Notes: generated by a model not told the origin, from the letters alone. DNA of 64,000 nucleotides from an uncultured Rikenellaceae bacterium (GCA_964633505.1 CAZWHC010000010.1:72458-136457); one strand, 5' to 3'. Positions 27,810 to 38,502 are shown, numbered from the stretch's first letter. Numbers and translations are program-made.

Positions 27810-28856
27810 ATGGCAAAAATTGATTTCGGCGGAGTTATCGAAGACGTTGTAACAAGAGAAGAATTCACACTCGAAAAAGCACGTGAAGTGCTCAAAAAAG
27901 AAACAGTTGCAGTAATAGGCTACGGCGTTCAGGGACCTGCCCAGGCTATGAACATGAGAGACAATGGAATAAATGTCATTATCGGTCAGGCTCCGGAGTT
28001 CAAAGCCGACTGGGACAAAGCTGTTGCCGATGGATTTGTTCCGGGCAAAACACTTTTCAATGTTGAAGAAGCAGTCACAAAAGGAACGGTGATACAGTAT
28101 CTCGTATCGGATGCTGCACAGAGAATACTGTGGCCAAAGGTAAAACCCTGCCTTAAAAAAGGAGATGCCTTGTATTTTTCCCATGGTTTCTCAATAACCT
28201 ATAAGGAGCATACAGGTGTTGTACCACCTGAATTTGTGGATGTCATTCTTTGTGCTCCCAAGGGTTCCGGAACGAGCGTAAGAAGGAATTTTCTTGCAGG
28301 CACAGGTATCAACTCAAGCTTTTCTGTATTTCAGGATTATACTGGAAGGGCAAACGAAAGAATAATGGCCCTTGGCATTGCAATAGGATCGGGTTATCTT
28401 TTCCCGACCACGTTTGAAAAGGAGGTATTTTCCGACCTTACCGGCGAAAGGGGAGTTCTTATGGGGGCTCTTGCAGGAATTATGGATGCACAGTACCAGG
28501 TGCTTCGCAGTTATGGCCATTCGCCCTCCGAAGCCTTCAATGAAACCGTTGAGGAGCTGACCCAGAGCCTTATCCGGCTTGTGGATGAAAAGGGTATGGA
28601 CTGGATGTATGCAAACTGCAGCGCTACAGCCCAGAGAGGTGCGCTCGACTGGCGGCCGAAATTCAAACAGGCAGTCCTTCCGGTTTTTGAGGACCTCTAC
28701 AATAAGGTTAAATCGGGAGAAGAATGTGTAAGGGTTATCGAATCATTAAGCTCACCAGATTACAAGAAGAAGCTTGACGCTGAACTCAGTGAACTTGGCA
28801 ATTCAGAATTATGGAGAGCTGGAGCGGCAGTAAGGAAACTGAGGCCAAAGAGCTGA
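27810..28856 (+). CDS. ilvC: ketol-acid reductoisomerase
   Basis: 348 aa with a class I KARI motif (VAVIGYGVQGPAQAMNMRDNG). Confidence 0.95.
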   Translation: MAKIDFGGVIEDVVTREEFTLEKAREVLKKETVAVIGYGVQGPAQAMNMRDNGINVIIGQAPEFKADWDKAVADGFVPGKTLFNVEEAVTKGTVIQYLVSDAAQRILWPKVKPCLKKGDALYFSHGFSITYKEHTGVVPPEFVDVILCAPKGSGTSVRRNFLAGTGINSSFSVFQDYTGRANERIMALGIAIGSGYLFPTTFEKEVFSDLTGERGVLMGALAGIMDAQYQVLRSYGHSPSEAFNETVEELTQSLIRLVDEKGMDWMYANCSATAQRGALDWRPKFKQAVLPVFEDLYNKVKSGEECVRVIESLSSPDYKKKLDAELSELGNSELWRAGAAVRKLRPKS

Positions 28857-28863
28857 CAGAGAT

Positions 28864-28898
28864 AAAAGCTAAAAGGTAAAAGGTAAAAGGTAAAAGTA
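28864..28898 (+). repeat. heptamer tandem repeat AAAAGCT AAAAGGT AAAAGGT AAAAGGT AAAAGTA
   Basis: Read directly in the ilvC-leuA spacer. Its 3' end GTAAAAGTAAATTAAGAT recurs at 51938-51959 with a 4-nt TTAA insertion. Confidence 0.9.
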
Positions 28899-28920
28899 AA
28901 TTAAGATAATAGATAATAAT

Positions 28921-30414
28921 ATGGAAGAGAAGGTAATAATTTTCGACACGACGCTCAGGGATGGAGAGCAGGTGCCGGGCTGCCAGCTTAATACGGTTGA
29001 AAAGATCCAGGTCGCTCAGGCTCTCGAAGCCCTGGGCGTCGATGTGATTGAAGCCGGATTTCCAATTTCGAGCCCGGGGGACTTCAAATCAGTGGTGGAG
29101 ATCTCAAAGGCGATTTCCAATCCTGTGATCTGTGCTCTTACCAGAGCTGTAAAAAAGGATATCGAAGTTGCAGCTGACGCTCTTCAATTCGCTAAAAAGA
29201 AAAGGATACATACCGGCATCGGCACTTCTCCTTTTCATATACAATATAAAATAAAGACCACTCCTGAGGAAATACTGAGAAGAGCGGTAGATGCGGTAAA
29301 ATATGCCAAAAAATTCGTTGAGGATGTTGAATTCTATGCTGAAGATGCCGGCAGGAGCGAAAATGAATATCTGGCAAGAGTGATTGAAGCAGTCATCGAT
29401 GCTGGAGCGACTGTAGTTAATATTCCCGACACAACAGGATATTGCCTGCCAGAAGAATATGGCGCCAAGATAAAATATCTGAAAGAAAATGTAGCTAACA
29501 TCCATAAGGCAGTTATCTCCACCCATTGTCATAACGACCTTGGAATGGCCACTGCCAATTCAATAATGGGTGTAATAAACGGCGCCAGGCAGGTGGAAGT
29601 GACAATGAACGGAATAGGTGAAAGAGCCGGAAACACATCCCTTGAAGAGGTGGCAATGATAATTAAAAGCCACCATGGCCTCAACCTGAAGACAGATATC
29701 AATTCCAAGCTCATCTTCAGCACAAGCAGGCTTGTCTCGAATCTCATGAGCATGCCTGTTCAGCCAAACAAGGCTATTGTCGGAAGAAATGCCTTCGCCC
29801 ATTCTTCAGGGATACACCAGGACGGAGTTCTGAAATACAGGGAAAACTATGAGATAATCGATCCTCATGAAGTAGGCATCAAGGAATCGTCAATCATCCT
29901 TACCGCCCGCAGCGGAAGGGCTGCCCTTAACCACCGGCTCGAAGCCCTCGGTTATACTTTCGGAAAGGAAGAACTTGACGATATATATCACCGCTTTCTG
30001 ATTCTTGCCGATAAAAAGAAAGAAATAAATGACGAAGACCTGAGGATTCTCTCAGGCGAGGTTTTCGCGGGCGAAAAATCGCTTAAACTTGAACTGCTCC
30101 AGGTTGCATGCGGCAAGTCTGCAGTTCCTGTGGCCACTGTAGGTGTTAAGATAAATGGCGAGATACATACGGCAACCTCGGCAGGGAACGGACCTATCGA
30201 TGCCGCCTTTACAGCCGTGAAACAGCTGATAAGCAAGACTGTACATCTCGAGGAATTCCTTATCCAGGCAATAACAAAAGGAAGCGACGATATCGGGAAA
30301 GTCCATATACAGGTGGAACACCAGGGCAAAATATATTACGGATTCTCGGCAAATGTCGACATTGTCACAGCCTCGGTGGAGGCATTCATAGATGCTATTT
30401 CAAAAATCAAATGA
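28921..30414 (+). CDS. leuA: 2-isopropylmalate synthase
   Basis: 497 aa. It has N-terminal [18 protein letters not shown], and a C-terminal LeuA-dimer regulatory domain. Confidence 0.9.
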   Translation: MEEKVIIFDTTLRDGEQVPGCQLNTVEKIQVAQALEALGVDVIEAGFPISSPGDFKSVVEISKAISNPVICALTRAVKKDIEVAADALQFAKKKRIHTGIGTSPFHIQYKIKTTPEEILRRAVDAVKYAKKFVEDVEFYAEDAGRSENEYLARVIEAVIDAGATVVNIPDTTGYCLPEEYGAKIKYLKENVANIHKAVISTHCHNDLGMATANSIMGVINGARQVEVTMNGIGERAGNTSLEEVAMIIKSHHGLNLKTDINSKLIFSTSRLVSNLMSMPVQPNKAIVGRNAFAHSSGIHQDGVLKYRENYEIIDPHEVGIKESSIILTARSGRAALNHRLEALGYTFGKEELDDIYHRFLILADKKKEINDEDLRILSGEVFAGEKSLKLELLQVACGKSAVPVATVGVKINGEIHTATSAGNGPIDAAFTAVKQLISKTVHLEEFLIQAITKGSDDIGKVHIQVEHQGKIYYGFSANVDIVTASVEAFIDAISKIK

Positions 30415-31817
30415 TGGGAAAAAAGACACTTTTTGATAAGATATGGGATTCACATGTTGTGAAATCAATTGAGGGCGGACCGGATGTCCTTTATATCGAC
30501 AGGCAATTCATACATGAGGTAACAAGCCCGCAGGCATTCAACGGACTACGGGCACGGGGCATCAGGGTATTCCGTCCCGGGAAGACTCTTGCAACTGCCG
30601 ACCACAATATCCCGACTATCGACCAGGACAAACCGATAAAGGACGAACTTTCCAGGAACCAGGTAAGTACTCTTGCCCGTAACTGCGACGAATTTGGCAT
30701 AGAATATTTCGGACTGAACCATCAGAATAACGGAATAGTCCATGTTATCGGACCTGAGCTTGGCTACACAAGGCCGGGTATGACAATAGTATGCGGCGAC
30801 AGCCATACTTCAACACACGGGGCCTTTGGCGCTATAGCCTTCGGGATCGGGACAAGCGAAGTGGAAATGGTTCTGGCCACCCAGTGCATACTTCAGCCAA
30901 AGCCGAAAAAGATGCGGATAACAGTTACCGGCAAGCTGCGGAAAGGAGTTACAGCCAAAGATGTGATTATGTATATTATTTCACAGATATCCACCAGCGG
31001 GGCCACCGGATATTTCGTCGAATATGCAGGGCCTGTTATCACAGGCCTCAGCATGGAAGGCAGAATGACAATCTGCAATATGAGCATCGAGATGGGCGCC
31101 AGGGGCGGACTGATAGCTCCTGATGAGGTCACATTCAGGTATTTTAAAGAATTACAATCAGCGCCACACGATTTTGACTGGAATTCGCTGATCCTGAACT
31201 GGAAAGAACTAAAAACCGATCCTGATGCAGAATTCGACAGGGAACTCACATTCAATGGCGACCTGATAAAACCGATGATAACATTCGGAACAAATCCTGG
31301 AATGGGAATTGCAATCGACGACTCAATTCCGGTACCTGAAGATATAGCCGGCGGAGACAATGCATCTTTTCATAAATCACTGGCTTATATGGGATTTGTC
31401 CCGGGCATGAAACTCGAGGGACATCCTGTCGATTATGTATTTCTCGGAAGCTGTACAAATGGAAGAATAGAGGATCTGAGGGCTTTTGCGGCACTTGTCA
31501 AAGGCAGAAAAAAAGCGCCGAATGTAACAACTCTTATTGTCCCTGGATCCAAAGCAGTTGAAAGACAGGCTATTGAGGAAGGTCTTGATCTTATCCTGAA
31601 AAACGCAGGCTTTGAGCTCCGGCAACCCGGATGTTCATCATGCCTGGCAATGAATGAAGATAAGATCCCTGCCGGTAAATATGCTGTCTCGACATCGAAC
31701 CGTAATTTTGAAGGCCGCCAGGGTCCGGGCGCCAGGACTCTCCTGGCAAGCCCTCTCACCGCAGCTGCCGCAGCTATTACCGGAAAAATCACCGACCCCA
31801 GGGAATTCATTGATTAA
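30411..31817 (+). CDS. leuC: 3-isopropylmalate dehydratase large subunit
   Basis: 468 aa. It is aconitase-family ([40 protein letters not shown]). Confidence 0.95.
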   Translation: MMGKKTLFDKIWDSHVVKSIEGGPDVLYIDRQFIHEVTSPQAFNGLRARGIRVFRPGKTLATADHNIPTIDQDKPIKDELSRNQVSTLARNCDEFGIEYFGLNHQNNGIVHVIGPELGYTRPGMTIVCGDSHTSTHGAFGAIAFGIGTSEVEMVLATQCILQPKPKKMRITVTGKLRKGVTAKDVIMYIISQISTSGATGYFVEYAGPVITGLSMEGRMTICNMSIEMGARGGLIAPDEVTFRYFKELQSAPHDFDWNSLILNWKELKTDPDAEFDRELTFNGDLIKPMITFGTNPGMGIAIDDSIPVPEDIAGGDNASFHKSLAYMGFVPGMKLEGHPVDYVFLGSCTNGRIEDLRAFAALVKGRKKAPNVTTLIVPGSKAVERQAIEEGLDLILKNAGFELRQPGCSSCLAMNEDKIPAGKYAVSTSNRNFEGRQGPGARTLLASPLTAAAAAITGKITDPREFID

Positions 31818-31839
31818 ATGTAAGTTAATAAATCATCAG

Positions 31840-32436
31840 ATGCCAAAAGAAAAACTAAATATTCTTGAATCAGGATGTGTTCCCCTTCCACTTGAAAATG
31901 TGGACACAGATCAGATAATCCCTGCCAGGTTTCTCAGCGCAACATCGAGGGAAGGCTTTGGGGAAAACCTTTTTCGCGACTGGAGATACGATAAGGAAGG
32001 AAACCAGAAGCCTGGTTTTGTACTTAACGACCCAACATATTCAGGTAAAATCCTTGTAGCTGGTAAAAACTTCGGGAGCGGATCGAGCCGCGAACATGCT
32101 GTATGGGCAGTATACGACTATGGATTCAGGGCAGTGGTTTCGAGCTTTTTCGCAGATATTTTCAGGAACAATGCCCTTAATAATGGATTGCTTCCTGTAA
32201 TTGTATCTGAAAAATTCCTTCAGAATCTTCTAAGCATGGTTCAGAAAAATCCTGAAACGACTGTCAGAATTGATGTTGAAAACCAGCTTATTACAATTCC
32301 TTCAACAGGAGAACGGCACTCTTTCGAGATCAACCCGTACAAGAAGGAATGCCTTATAAAAGGACTCGACGACATTGACTACCTTCTTGGCCTGAAGGAT
32401 CTTATTAATTCATTCGAATCTGCAAAAAACAGGTAA
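31840..32436 (+). CDS. leuD: 3-isopropylmalate dehydratase small subunit
   Basis: The track ORF starts at 31654, inside leuC. The in-frame ATG at 31840 (MPKEKLNILESG...) gives a 198-aa LeuD with GKNFGSGSSREHA. Confidence 0.9.
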   Translation: MPKEKLNILESGCVPLPLENVDTDQIIPARFLSATSREGFGENLFRDWRYDKEGNQKPGFVLNDPTYSGKILVAGKNFGSGSSREHAVWAVYDYGFRAVVSSFFADIFRNNALNNGLLPVIVSEKFLQNLLSMVQKNPETTVRIDVENQLITIPSTGERHSFEINPYKKECLIKGLDDIDYLLGLKDLINSFESAKNR

Positions 32437-32437
32437 A

Positions 32438-34000
32438 ATGAGAATAGAAATAATGGATACTACCCTCCGCGACGGTGAACAGACACAGGGAGTATCATAC
32501 ACGCCGCTCGAAAAGCTTCATATAGCCAGCCTTCTCCTCAGGGATGTAAAGGTCGACCGTATCGAAGTGGCTTCAGCACGCGTATCTTCGGGTGAATTTG
32601 AGGCTTTGAAGAAGATCACATGCTGGGCCCGGCAACACAACCTGCATCATAAGGTGGAGGTTCTCGGATTCGTCGATGGTGATATCTCCCTGAACTGGAT
32701 ACATGATGCAGGAGGCAAAGTAATAAACCTCCTTTGCAAAGGTTCGCTGCGTCATCTCGAAAAACAACTCCGGAAAACACCGGAGCAGCATGTCGCAGAA
32801 ATAAGCGATATAATCAGAAGGGCAGGGGAACTCGACATGCAGGTCAACATCTATCTTGAAGACTGGTCTAATGGAATGATACATTCAGAAGATTATGTCT
32901 TTTATATGATCGACAACCTTAAAAACGAACGTATTTCACGATTCATGCTTCCCGACACCCTCGGCATACTGAATCCTGAACAGACTTATGCATTCTGTAA
33001 AAAGGTGACCAGCAGATACCCTGATCTTCATTTCGATTTCCATTCCCACAACGATTATGATCTGGCTGTTGCAAACGTCTTTTCGGCAGTCAGAGCCGGC
33101 ATTAAAGGTGTACATACCACTGTTAACGGTCTCGGTGAGAGGGCAGGGAATGCTCCGCTTTCAAGCGTTATCGGCGTCATCCACGATCAGCTTGAATTTG
33201 AAACGGGAGTCGATGAGTTTCAGATTACAAATGCAAGCAAAATTGTCGAAACATTCAGCGGAATAAGGATTCCTGTAAACAAGCCGGTGATCGGGGAAAA
33301 TGTTTTCACCCAGACTTCCGGTGTGCATGCCGACGGCGACTCAAAAGACAACCTCTATTATAATAACCTTCTTCCCGAAAGGTTCGGAAGAAAAAGGAAA
33401 TATGCCCTTGGAAAACAATCGGGGAAAGCTACCATTAAGAAGAACCTCGAGGAATTTGGCCTTAACCTGAGTCCCGAATCACTGGCCAAGGTCACACAGC
33501 GTGTTATAGAACTCGGGGATAAGAAAGAGGATGTAACAACAGAAGATCTGCCGTTCATAATCTCGGATGTCCTTGGAAACGACAGGGCTGATTACAAGAT
33601 CTTTATAAAAAACTATTCGCTTTCGCTTTCGTACGGACTGAAGCCTTCTGCAAGCGTTCAGATAGAAATTGAAGGAAATCTGTACCAGGAGACCTCTTCG
33701 GGCGACGGACAATATGATGCCTTTATGAAAGCAATCAGGATAGTATATGACAGGCTTGGAAAAGAGCTTCCTTCACTTATTGACTATGAGGTTTCGATCC
33801 CTCCGGGAGGTAAAACCGATGCTCTTGTAGAGACAGTTATCACCTGGAATTTCCGTAACAGGGAATTCAGAACAAAAGGTCTCGATGCCGACCAGACTGA
33901 ATCGGCGATAAAAGCCACGGAAAAAATGCTTAATATCGTCGAAAACAACGAGATCAGGATAGTCGACAAACTCCTTATAAGCACAACTAACGAATTATAA
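32438..34000 (+). CDS. cimA: second LeuA-family synthase, citramalate synthase-like
   Basis: 520 aa. It has [24 protein letters not shown] and a C-terminal LeuA-dimer-type domain. It is clearly a paralog of leuA, placed between leuD and leuB. The substrate assignment is an inference. Confidence 0.6.
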   Translation: MRIEIMDTTLRDGEQTQGVSYTPLEKLHIASLLLRDVKVDRIEVASARVSSGEFEALKKITCWARQHNLHHKVEVLGFVDGDISLNWIHDAGGKVINLLCKGSLRHLEKQLRKTPEQHVAEISDIIRRAGELDMQVNIYLEDWSNGMIHSEDYVFYMIDNLKNERISRFMLPDTLGILNPEQTYAFCKKVTSRYPDLHFDFHSHNDYDLAVANVFSAVRAGIKGVHTTVNGLGERAGNAPLSSVIGVIHDQLEFETGVDEFQITNASKIVETFSGIRIPVNKPVIGENVFTQTSGVHADGDSKDNLYYNNLLPERFGRKRKYALGKQSGKATIKKNLEEFGLNLSPESLAKVTQRVIELGDKKEDVTTEDLPFIISDVLGNDRADYKIFIKNYSLSLSYGLKPSASVQIEIEGNLYQETSSGDGQYDAFMKAIRIVYDRLGKELPSLIDYEVSIPPGGKTDALVETVITWNFRNREFRTKGLDADQTESAIKATEKMLNIVENNEIRIVDKLLISTTNEL

Positions 34001-34016
34001 ATATTAAAACTGCCTT

Positions 34017-35078
34017 ATGAACAAATCTTACAACATTGCTGCGATACCCGGCGACGGAACCGGTCCTGAAGTAGTCAGGGAAGGAAGAAAAGTACTTGAC
34101 GCCGCTGCCTCAAAATACGGGTTCAGCCTCAATTTCACTGAATTTGATTTTGGAGGTGAGCGTTATCTCAGGACAGGTGAGGTTCTGCCCGAATCTGCCA
34201 CGGAACAGCTTAAAAAATTCGACTCTATTTTTCTCGGAGCCATAGGTCATCCTGATGTTAAACCAGGAATCCTCGAAAAAGGCATCCTGCTTAAACTCAG
34301 GTTTGAACTCGACCAATACATAAACCTCCGTCCGGTCAAACTCTATCCGGGAGTGGCAACTCCCCTTAAAGACAAGGGTCCGGAACATATCGATTATGTT
34401 GTTGTAAGGGAAAACTCGGGAGATGTTTACACCGGAAGCGGAGGGGTGACAATGAAAGGCACACCAAACGAAATAGCAATACAGAATATGGTATACTCGA
34501 GAATGCAGGTTGACCGCTGCCTGAGATATGCCTTCGATTATACAAGGAAAAGGAACAAAAGAAAAACACTTGCCTTATGCGGAAAGACTAATGTTCTTAC
34601 ATATGTCTTCGACCTCTGGGAAAGGGCATTTCATGAAATCGGACAGGCTGAATACCCTGATATTAAGAGAGAGTATTACCATGTTGATGCAACATGCATG
34701 TGGATGGTAAAGAATCCTGAATGGTTCGATGTAATTGTTACAACAAACATGTTCGGGGATATCATTACCGACCTTGGAGCCATCACCCAGGGAGGAATGG
34801 GTATTGCTGCAGGAGGAAATATAAATCCCGAAGGTGTATCGATGTTTGAACCCATAGGCGGGTCAGCGCCAAAATATACTGGACTCAACGTAATTAATCC
34901 GCTGGCAGCCATTGCATGCGGAGGAATGATGCTTGAACATCTTGGAGAGGAAAAAGCAGCAAAGGCTGTCGAAAATGCGATAATTGACGTTACCGCAAAC
35001 AAACTGAAGGACCTGGGAGCAGGTAAAATGGGCTATTCAACAACTGAAGTCGGCGATCTGGTTGCTGAAAGGGTGTAA
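34017..35078 (+). CDS. leuB: 3-isopropylmalate dehydrogenase
   Basis: 353 aa with isocitrate/isopropylmalate dehydrogenase motifs (IPGDGTGPEV, NMFGDIITDLGA). Confidence 0.9.
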   Translation: MNKSYNIAAIPGDGTGPEVVREGRKVLDAAASKYGFSLNFTEFDFGGERYLRTGEVLPESATEQLKKFDSIFLGAIGHPDVKPGILEKGILLKLRFELDQYINLRPVKLYPGVATPLKDKGPEHIDYVVVRENSGDVYTGSGGVTMKGTPNEIAIQNMVYSRMQVDRCLRYAFDYTRKRNKRKTLALCGKTNVLTYVFDLWERAFHEIGQAEYPDIKREYYHVDATCMWMVKNPEWFDVIVTTNMFGDIITDLGAITQGGMGIAAGGNINPEGVSMFEPIGGSAPKYTGLNVINPLAAIACGGMMLEHLGEEKAAKAVENAIIDVTANKLKDLGAGKMGYSTTEVGDLVAERV

Positions 35079-35123
35079 CTGTTACATATTTTGCCTAAAA
35101 TGTAATAATTTATAAAAAAACTA

Positions 35124-35131
35124 TATCTTTG
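35124..35131 (+). promoter_or_regulatory. Bacteroidota -7 promoter box TATCTTTG
   Basis: Exact TAnnTTTG match, 18 nt upstream of the his leader ATG. Confidence 0.5.
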
Positions 35132-35148
35132 CCTTTAAATCAGAATTA

Positions 35149-35205
35149 ATGCCGACATTTCAGTCATACCATCATCATTTTCGTTGCTTCGCTCAGGCGG
35201 GATGA
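35149..35205 (+). CDS. his operon leader peptide, 18 aa MPTFQSYHHHFRCFAQAG
   Basis: ATG mini-ORF with three consecutive His codons (CAT CAT CAT, 35170-35178), followed by a terminator/antiterminator pair upstream of hisG. Confidence 0.7.
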   Translation: MPTFQSYHHHFRCFAQAG

Positions 35206-35237
35206 AAATGGTATGCATCTGATTAAAATATCATAAA

Positions 35238-35266
35238 CCCGGCTGAGCAGATCAGGCGGGTTTTTT
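35238..35266 (+). terminator. his attenuator terminator
   Basis: CCCGGCTGA-gcaga-TCAGGCGGG forms a 9-bp stem with 1 mismatch, followed by TTTTTT. The identical 9-mer TCAGGCGGG also occurs at 35193-35201, at the end of the leader ORF. There it can pair with the same 5' arm (11 bp with GC extension), giving an antiterminator. Confidence 0.75.
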
Positions 35267-35304
35267 ATTCCCGCACAGTCTGCCCGGCCAAAACACAAAA
35301 TAAA

Positions 35305-36162
35305 ATGACTTGTTTAAAAATCGCAATTCAGAAGAAAGGGCGGCTAAGTGAAACCTCTCATAAACTTCTTGAGGAATGCGGAATAAAATTTTCAAACGGA
35401 GCTGACGTGCTTAAAACACGGGCTGCTAATTTCCCTGTCGAGATCCTTTTCCTGAGGGATGATGATATTCCTCAATATGTTGAACAACAGGTTGCCGATA
35501 TCGGGATCCTTGGCGAGAACATTGTTTTCGAAAAGAACAAGGATGTCGATATCCTTGAAAAGCTTGGATTTGCACATTGCAGGCTGAGCCTCGCCATACC
35601 AAAGGAAGCTGAATTCACAGGAATTGAATATTTCAGCAACAGGAAAATCGCAACAAGCTATCCGAGGCTCCTTACAAATTACCTGAATGAGAACAATATT
35701 ACTGCCGAGATCGAGGAAATTAGCGGAAGCGTCGAAATAGCTCCGGGTATAGGGCTTGCCGATGCTGTATGCGATATTGTAAGTTCGGGCAGTACATTGA
35801 TGACAAACGGCCTGAAAGAGGTGCTTACTATAATGAAAAGCCAGGCTGTAATAATCGCCAACAGGAACCTTGATGAACCCAGAAAGCTTATACTCGGCAA
35901 GCTGTTATTCAGGGTACGGGCAGTTAAAAATGCAAGGGAAAACAAATATATCCTGCTGAATGCTCCTCTCGAAGCACTTCCTGATATCTGCAAAATACTC
36001 CCGGGCATGAAAAGCCCTACTATCCTGCCTCTCGAAGAAAAAGGCTGGTGCAGCATCCATTCGGTAGTTAAGGAAGATGAATTCTGGGAAAGGATTGACC
36101 AGCTGAAAAATGCGGGGGCACAGGGTATACTTGTCATTCCTATCGAGAAGATGGTACTGTAA
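35305..36162 (+). CDS. hisG: ATP phosphoribosyltransferase (long form)
   Basis: 285 aa; LKIAIQKKGRL..., with a C-terminal regulatory domain. Confidence 0.9.
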   Translation: MTCLKIAIQKKGRLSETSHKLLEECGIKFSNGADVLKTRAANFPVEILFLRDDDIPQYVEQQVADIGILGENIVFEKNKDVDILEKLGFAHCRLSLAIPKEAEFTGIEYFSNRKIATSYPRLLTNYLNENNITAEIEEISGSVEIAPGIGLADAVCDIVSSGSTLMTNGLKEVLTIMKSQAVIIANRNLDEPRKLILGKLLFRVRAVKNARENKYILLNAPLEALPDICKILPGMKSPTILPLEEKGWCSIHSVVKEDEFWERIDQLKNAGAQGILVIPIEKMVL

Positions 36163-36188
36163 TAATATATCACAATAACCTCCTCTTA

Positions 36189-37478
36189 ATGAATATCATA
36201 TCATATCCCTCACGGGAAACATGGGACTCACTTTGCAAACGGCCGTTGCTTGACAATTCCAGCCTCGACAGTATTGTATCCTCTATCTTTGAGCAGGTCA
36301 AAAAGGATGGAGACAAGGCACTTTTCGAACTTTCCGGGAAATATGACGGCGCTGTTTTCAAAAACCTGAGAGTGCCTTCCTCTGCAATGGAATCAGCGCT
36401 GAATTCAGTTCCTTCCGACCTGAAGGAAGCGATCAGAATTGCCGGGGAAAACATTGCCGGCTTCCACAGAACCCAGCTTTATGACGGGGACGTTGTGGAA
36501 ACGACTCCGGGAGTAAAATGCTGGAGAAGATCAGTTCCGCTCGACAGGGCGGGATTATATATCCCCGGAGGGACGGCTCCGCTGTTCTCAACTGTTCTCA
36601 TGCTGGCTATCCCGGCAGGAATAGCCGGCTGCAGGGAGGTCATAATATGCACTCCTCCCGACAGGAGCGGAAATGTCGATCCGCTTATACTTTATGCGGC
36701 ACATTATGCAGGAGTCAGTGATGTTTACAGGGTCGGTGGAGCCCAGGCAATTGCTGCCATGGCCTTTGGTACGGAGACCATCCCCAAAGCAGATAAAATT
36801 TTCGGTCCCGGTAACCAGTATGTGACAAGAGCCAAGGCCCTGGCACAGCTGGAAGGCACCCCGGTCGACATGCCTGCAGGGCCAAGCGAGGTACTTGTCA
36901 TTGCAGGAACAGATTCAGATCCGTCTTTTGTAGCTGCCGATCTGTTGTCGCAGGCTGAACACGGAACCGATTCCCAGGTAATCCTGCTTTCCGATAATAA
37001 TGATCTCCTGAACGCCGCAATTGCAGAGACTGAAAAACAGCTACAACAGCTTCCCAGAAAGGACATTGCAATTAAGTCATTAGAGAACAGTCGATTTATT
37101 CTTTTTGAATCGCTTGAGGAATGCATGGAATTCAGTAACAGATATGCTCCGGAACATCTCATAATATCGACCTCAGATCCGCATATTCTTGCAGGTAAAG
37201 TCAGGAATGCAGGATCGGTATTCCTTGGGAAATACAGTTGTGAAAGCGCCGGCGATTATGCATCGGGAACTAACCATACCCTTCCGACCGGCGGATTTGC
37301 AAAAAGCCTTGGCGGCGTTTCTGCAGAAAGCTTTGTAAAAAAAATAACATTCCAGGAGATATCAGGACCCGGGATGAAAAAGATAGGACCTGTTATTGAA
37401 AAGATGGCAGCTGCTGAGCATCTGCTTGGACATAAAAATGCAGTTACTCTACGCCTAAAATCCCTGAGTAATGATTGA
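36189..37478 (+). CDS. hisD: histidinol dehydrogenase
   Basis: 429 aa with canonical HisD motifs (GGAQAIAAMAFGT, SQAEHG, GDYASGTNHTLPT). Confidence 0.95.
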   Translation: MNIISYPSRETWDSLCKRPLLDNSSLDSIVSSIFEQVKKDGDKALFELSGKYDGAVFKNLRVPSSAMESALNSVPSDLKEAIRIAGENIAGFHRTQLYDGDVVETTPGVKCWRRSVPLDRAGLYIPGGTAPLFSTVLMLAIPAGIAGCREVIICTPPDRSGNVDPLILYAAHYAGVSDVYRVGGAQAIAAMAFGTETIPKADKIFGPGNQYVTRAKALAQLEGTPVDMPAGPSEVLVIAGTDSDPSFVAADLLSQAEHGTDSQVILLSDNNDLLNAAIAETEKQLQQLPRKDIAIKSLENSRFILFESLEECMEFSNRYAPEHLIISTSDPHILAGKVRNAGSVFLGKYSCESAGDYASGTNHTLPTGGFAKSLGGVSAESFVKKITFQEISGPGMKKIGPVIEKMAAAEHLLGHKNAVTLRLKSLSND

Positions 37479-38502
37479 CATAAATTCACTTGTAAGGGAA
37501 AACATAAAAAGGCTTATCCCCTACTCCTGCGCAAGAGATGAATATAAGGGTGATGTCGGGATCTTTCTCGATGCCAACGAAAATCCTTACGGCACTCTGA
37601 ACCGGTATCCTGATCCATACCAGAGAGAACTGAAATCGGCTGTCAGCAGGTTCAGGAACATAGCTGTAGAAAAAATATTCCTCGGAAACGGAAGCGACGA
37701 AATTATCGACCTGTGTTACAGGGCATTCTGTAATCCTGGAGTTGACAGGGCTATGACCTTCGTGCCTTCATACGGTATGTACGAAGTATCATCCGGAATA
37801 AATGATGTCGGGCTCATAAAGATTCCTCTTGATGACAATTTTCAGATCGACCTGAAGACAATCGAGCCATATCTTAGCGAACCTGACCTGAAACTCATCT
37901 TCATCTGCTCCCCAAACAATCCGACAGGAAATTCAATGGAGCCGTCGCGGGTGGAATCAATTATCTCGGGGTTCGGGGGAATAGTCGTTATTGACGAGGC
38001 TTATATAGACTTTGCCCGACAACCCTCCTTTATGAATCTGCTTGAACGGTACAACAACCTTATCGTGATGCAGACTTTCAGCAAGGCTATGGGTATGGCA
38101 GCCGTCAGAGTGGGAATGGCCTTTGCCGACAGTTCGGTTGTCAACATTTTCAATAAGCTGAAACCACCGTACAACATAAGTTCAATTAATCAGAAAGCTG
38201 TACTTAATGCCATAAACCATACAGCCTCTGTTTTTAAAAAGGTTGCAAGGATAAGGTCGGAAAGAGCGCGATTGGAGCGAAACCTTTTGAAAATCAGTAT
38301 AGTTGAAAAAGTGTATCCTTCAGATTCAAATTTTCTGCTCGTTAAAACAAAAAATGCCGATCTTGTTTATTCAATGCTGATTGAAAAGAAAATAATTGTG
38401 AGGAACAGGAACAGGGTGGTGCCGGGTTGTATACGCATTACGGTCGGGAGCATTAAGGAAAACAACATTCTTTTAAGAACAATGCGACAAATCAAAATAT
38501 GA
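37471..38502 (+). CDS. hisC: histidinol-phosphate aminotransferase
   Basis: 343 aa; class II aminotransferase ([20 protein letters not shown]). It overlaps hisD by 8 nt. Confidence 0.9.
   Translation: MIDINSLVRENIKRLIPYSCARDEYKGDVGIFLDANENPYGTLNRYPDPYQRELKSAVSRFRNIAVEKIFLGNGSDEIIDLCYRAFCNPGVDRAMTFVPSYGMYEVSSGINDVGLIKIPLDDNFQIDLKTIEPYLSEPDLKLIFICSPNNPTGNSMEPSRVESIISGFGGIVVIDEAYIDFARQPSFMNLLERYNNLIVMQTFSKAMGMAAVRVGMAFADSSVVNIFNKLKPPYNISSINQKAVLNAINHTASVFKKVARIRSERARLERNLLKISIVEKVYPSDSNFLLVKTKNADLVYSMLIEKKIIVRNRNRVVPGCIRITVGSIKENNILLRTMRQIKI

Noticed and set aside
30893-31360. 155-aa minus-strand ORF, plus several other 60-125-aa ORFs opposite leuA/leuC
   Set aside because: These are shadow ORFs opposite highly conserved leu genes. 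They are Ser/Pro/Ile-rich with no motifs.
31654-31839. N-terminal extension of the leuD ORF in the track (and similarly 43695-43733, 6694-6732, 12064-12111)
   Set aside because: The extensions overlap the preceding gene or start at non-ATG codons, and they add non-homologous sequence. Internal ATGs give canonical N-termini or signal peptides, so the shorter models are preferred.
35079-35123. AT-rich hairpin TTACAT(at)TTT...AAAATGTAA after leuB as operon terminator
   Set aside because: The stem is imperfect and entirely A/T, with no clear T-run. It is plausible, but too weak to call from sequence alone.
35679-36173. 164-aa minus-strand ORF
   Set aside because: It is antisense to hisG. No promoter or start context is present, and the translation is low-complexity and Ser-rich.
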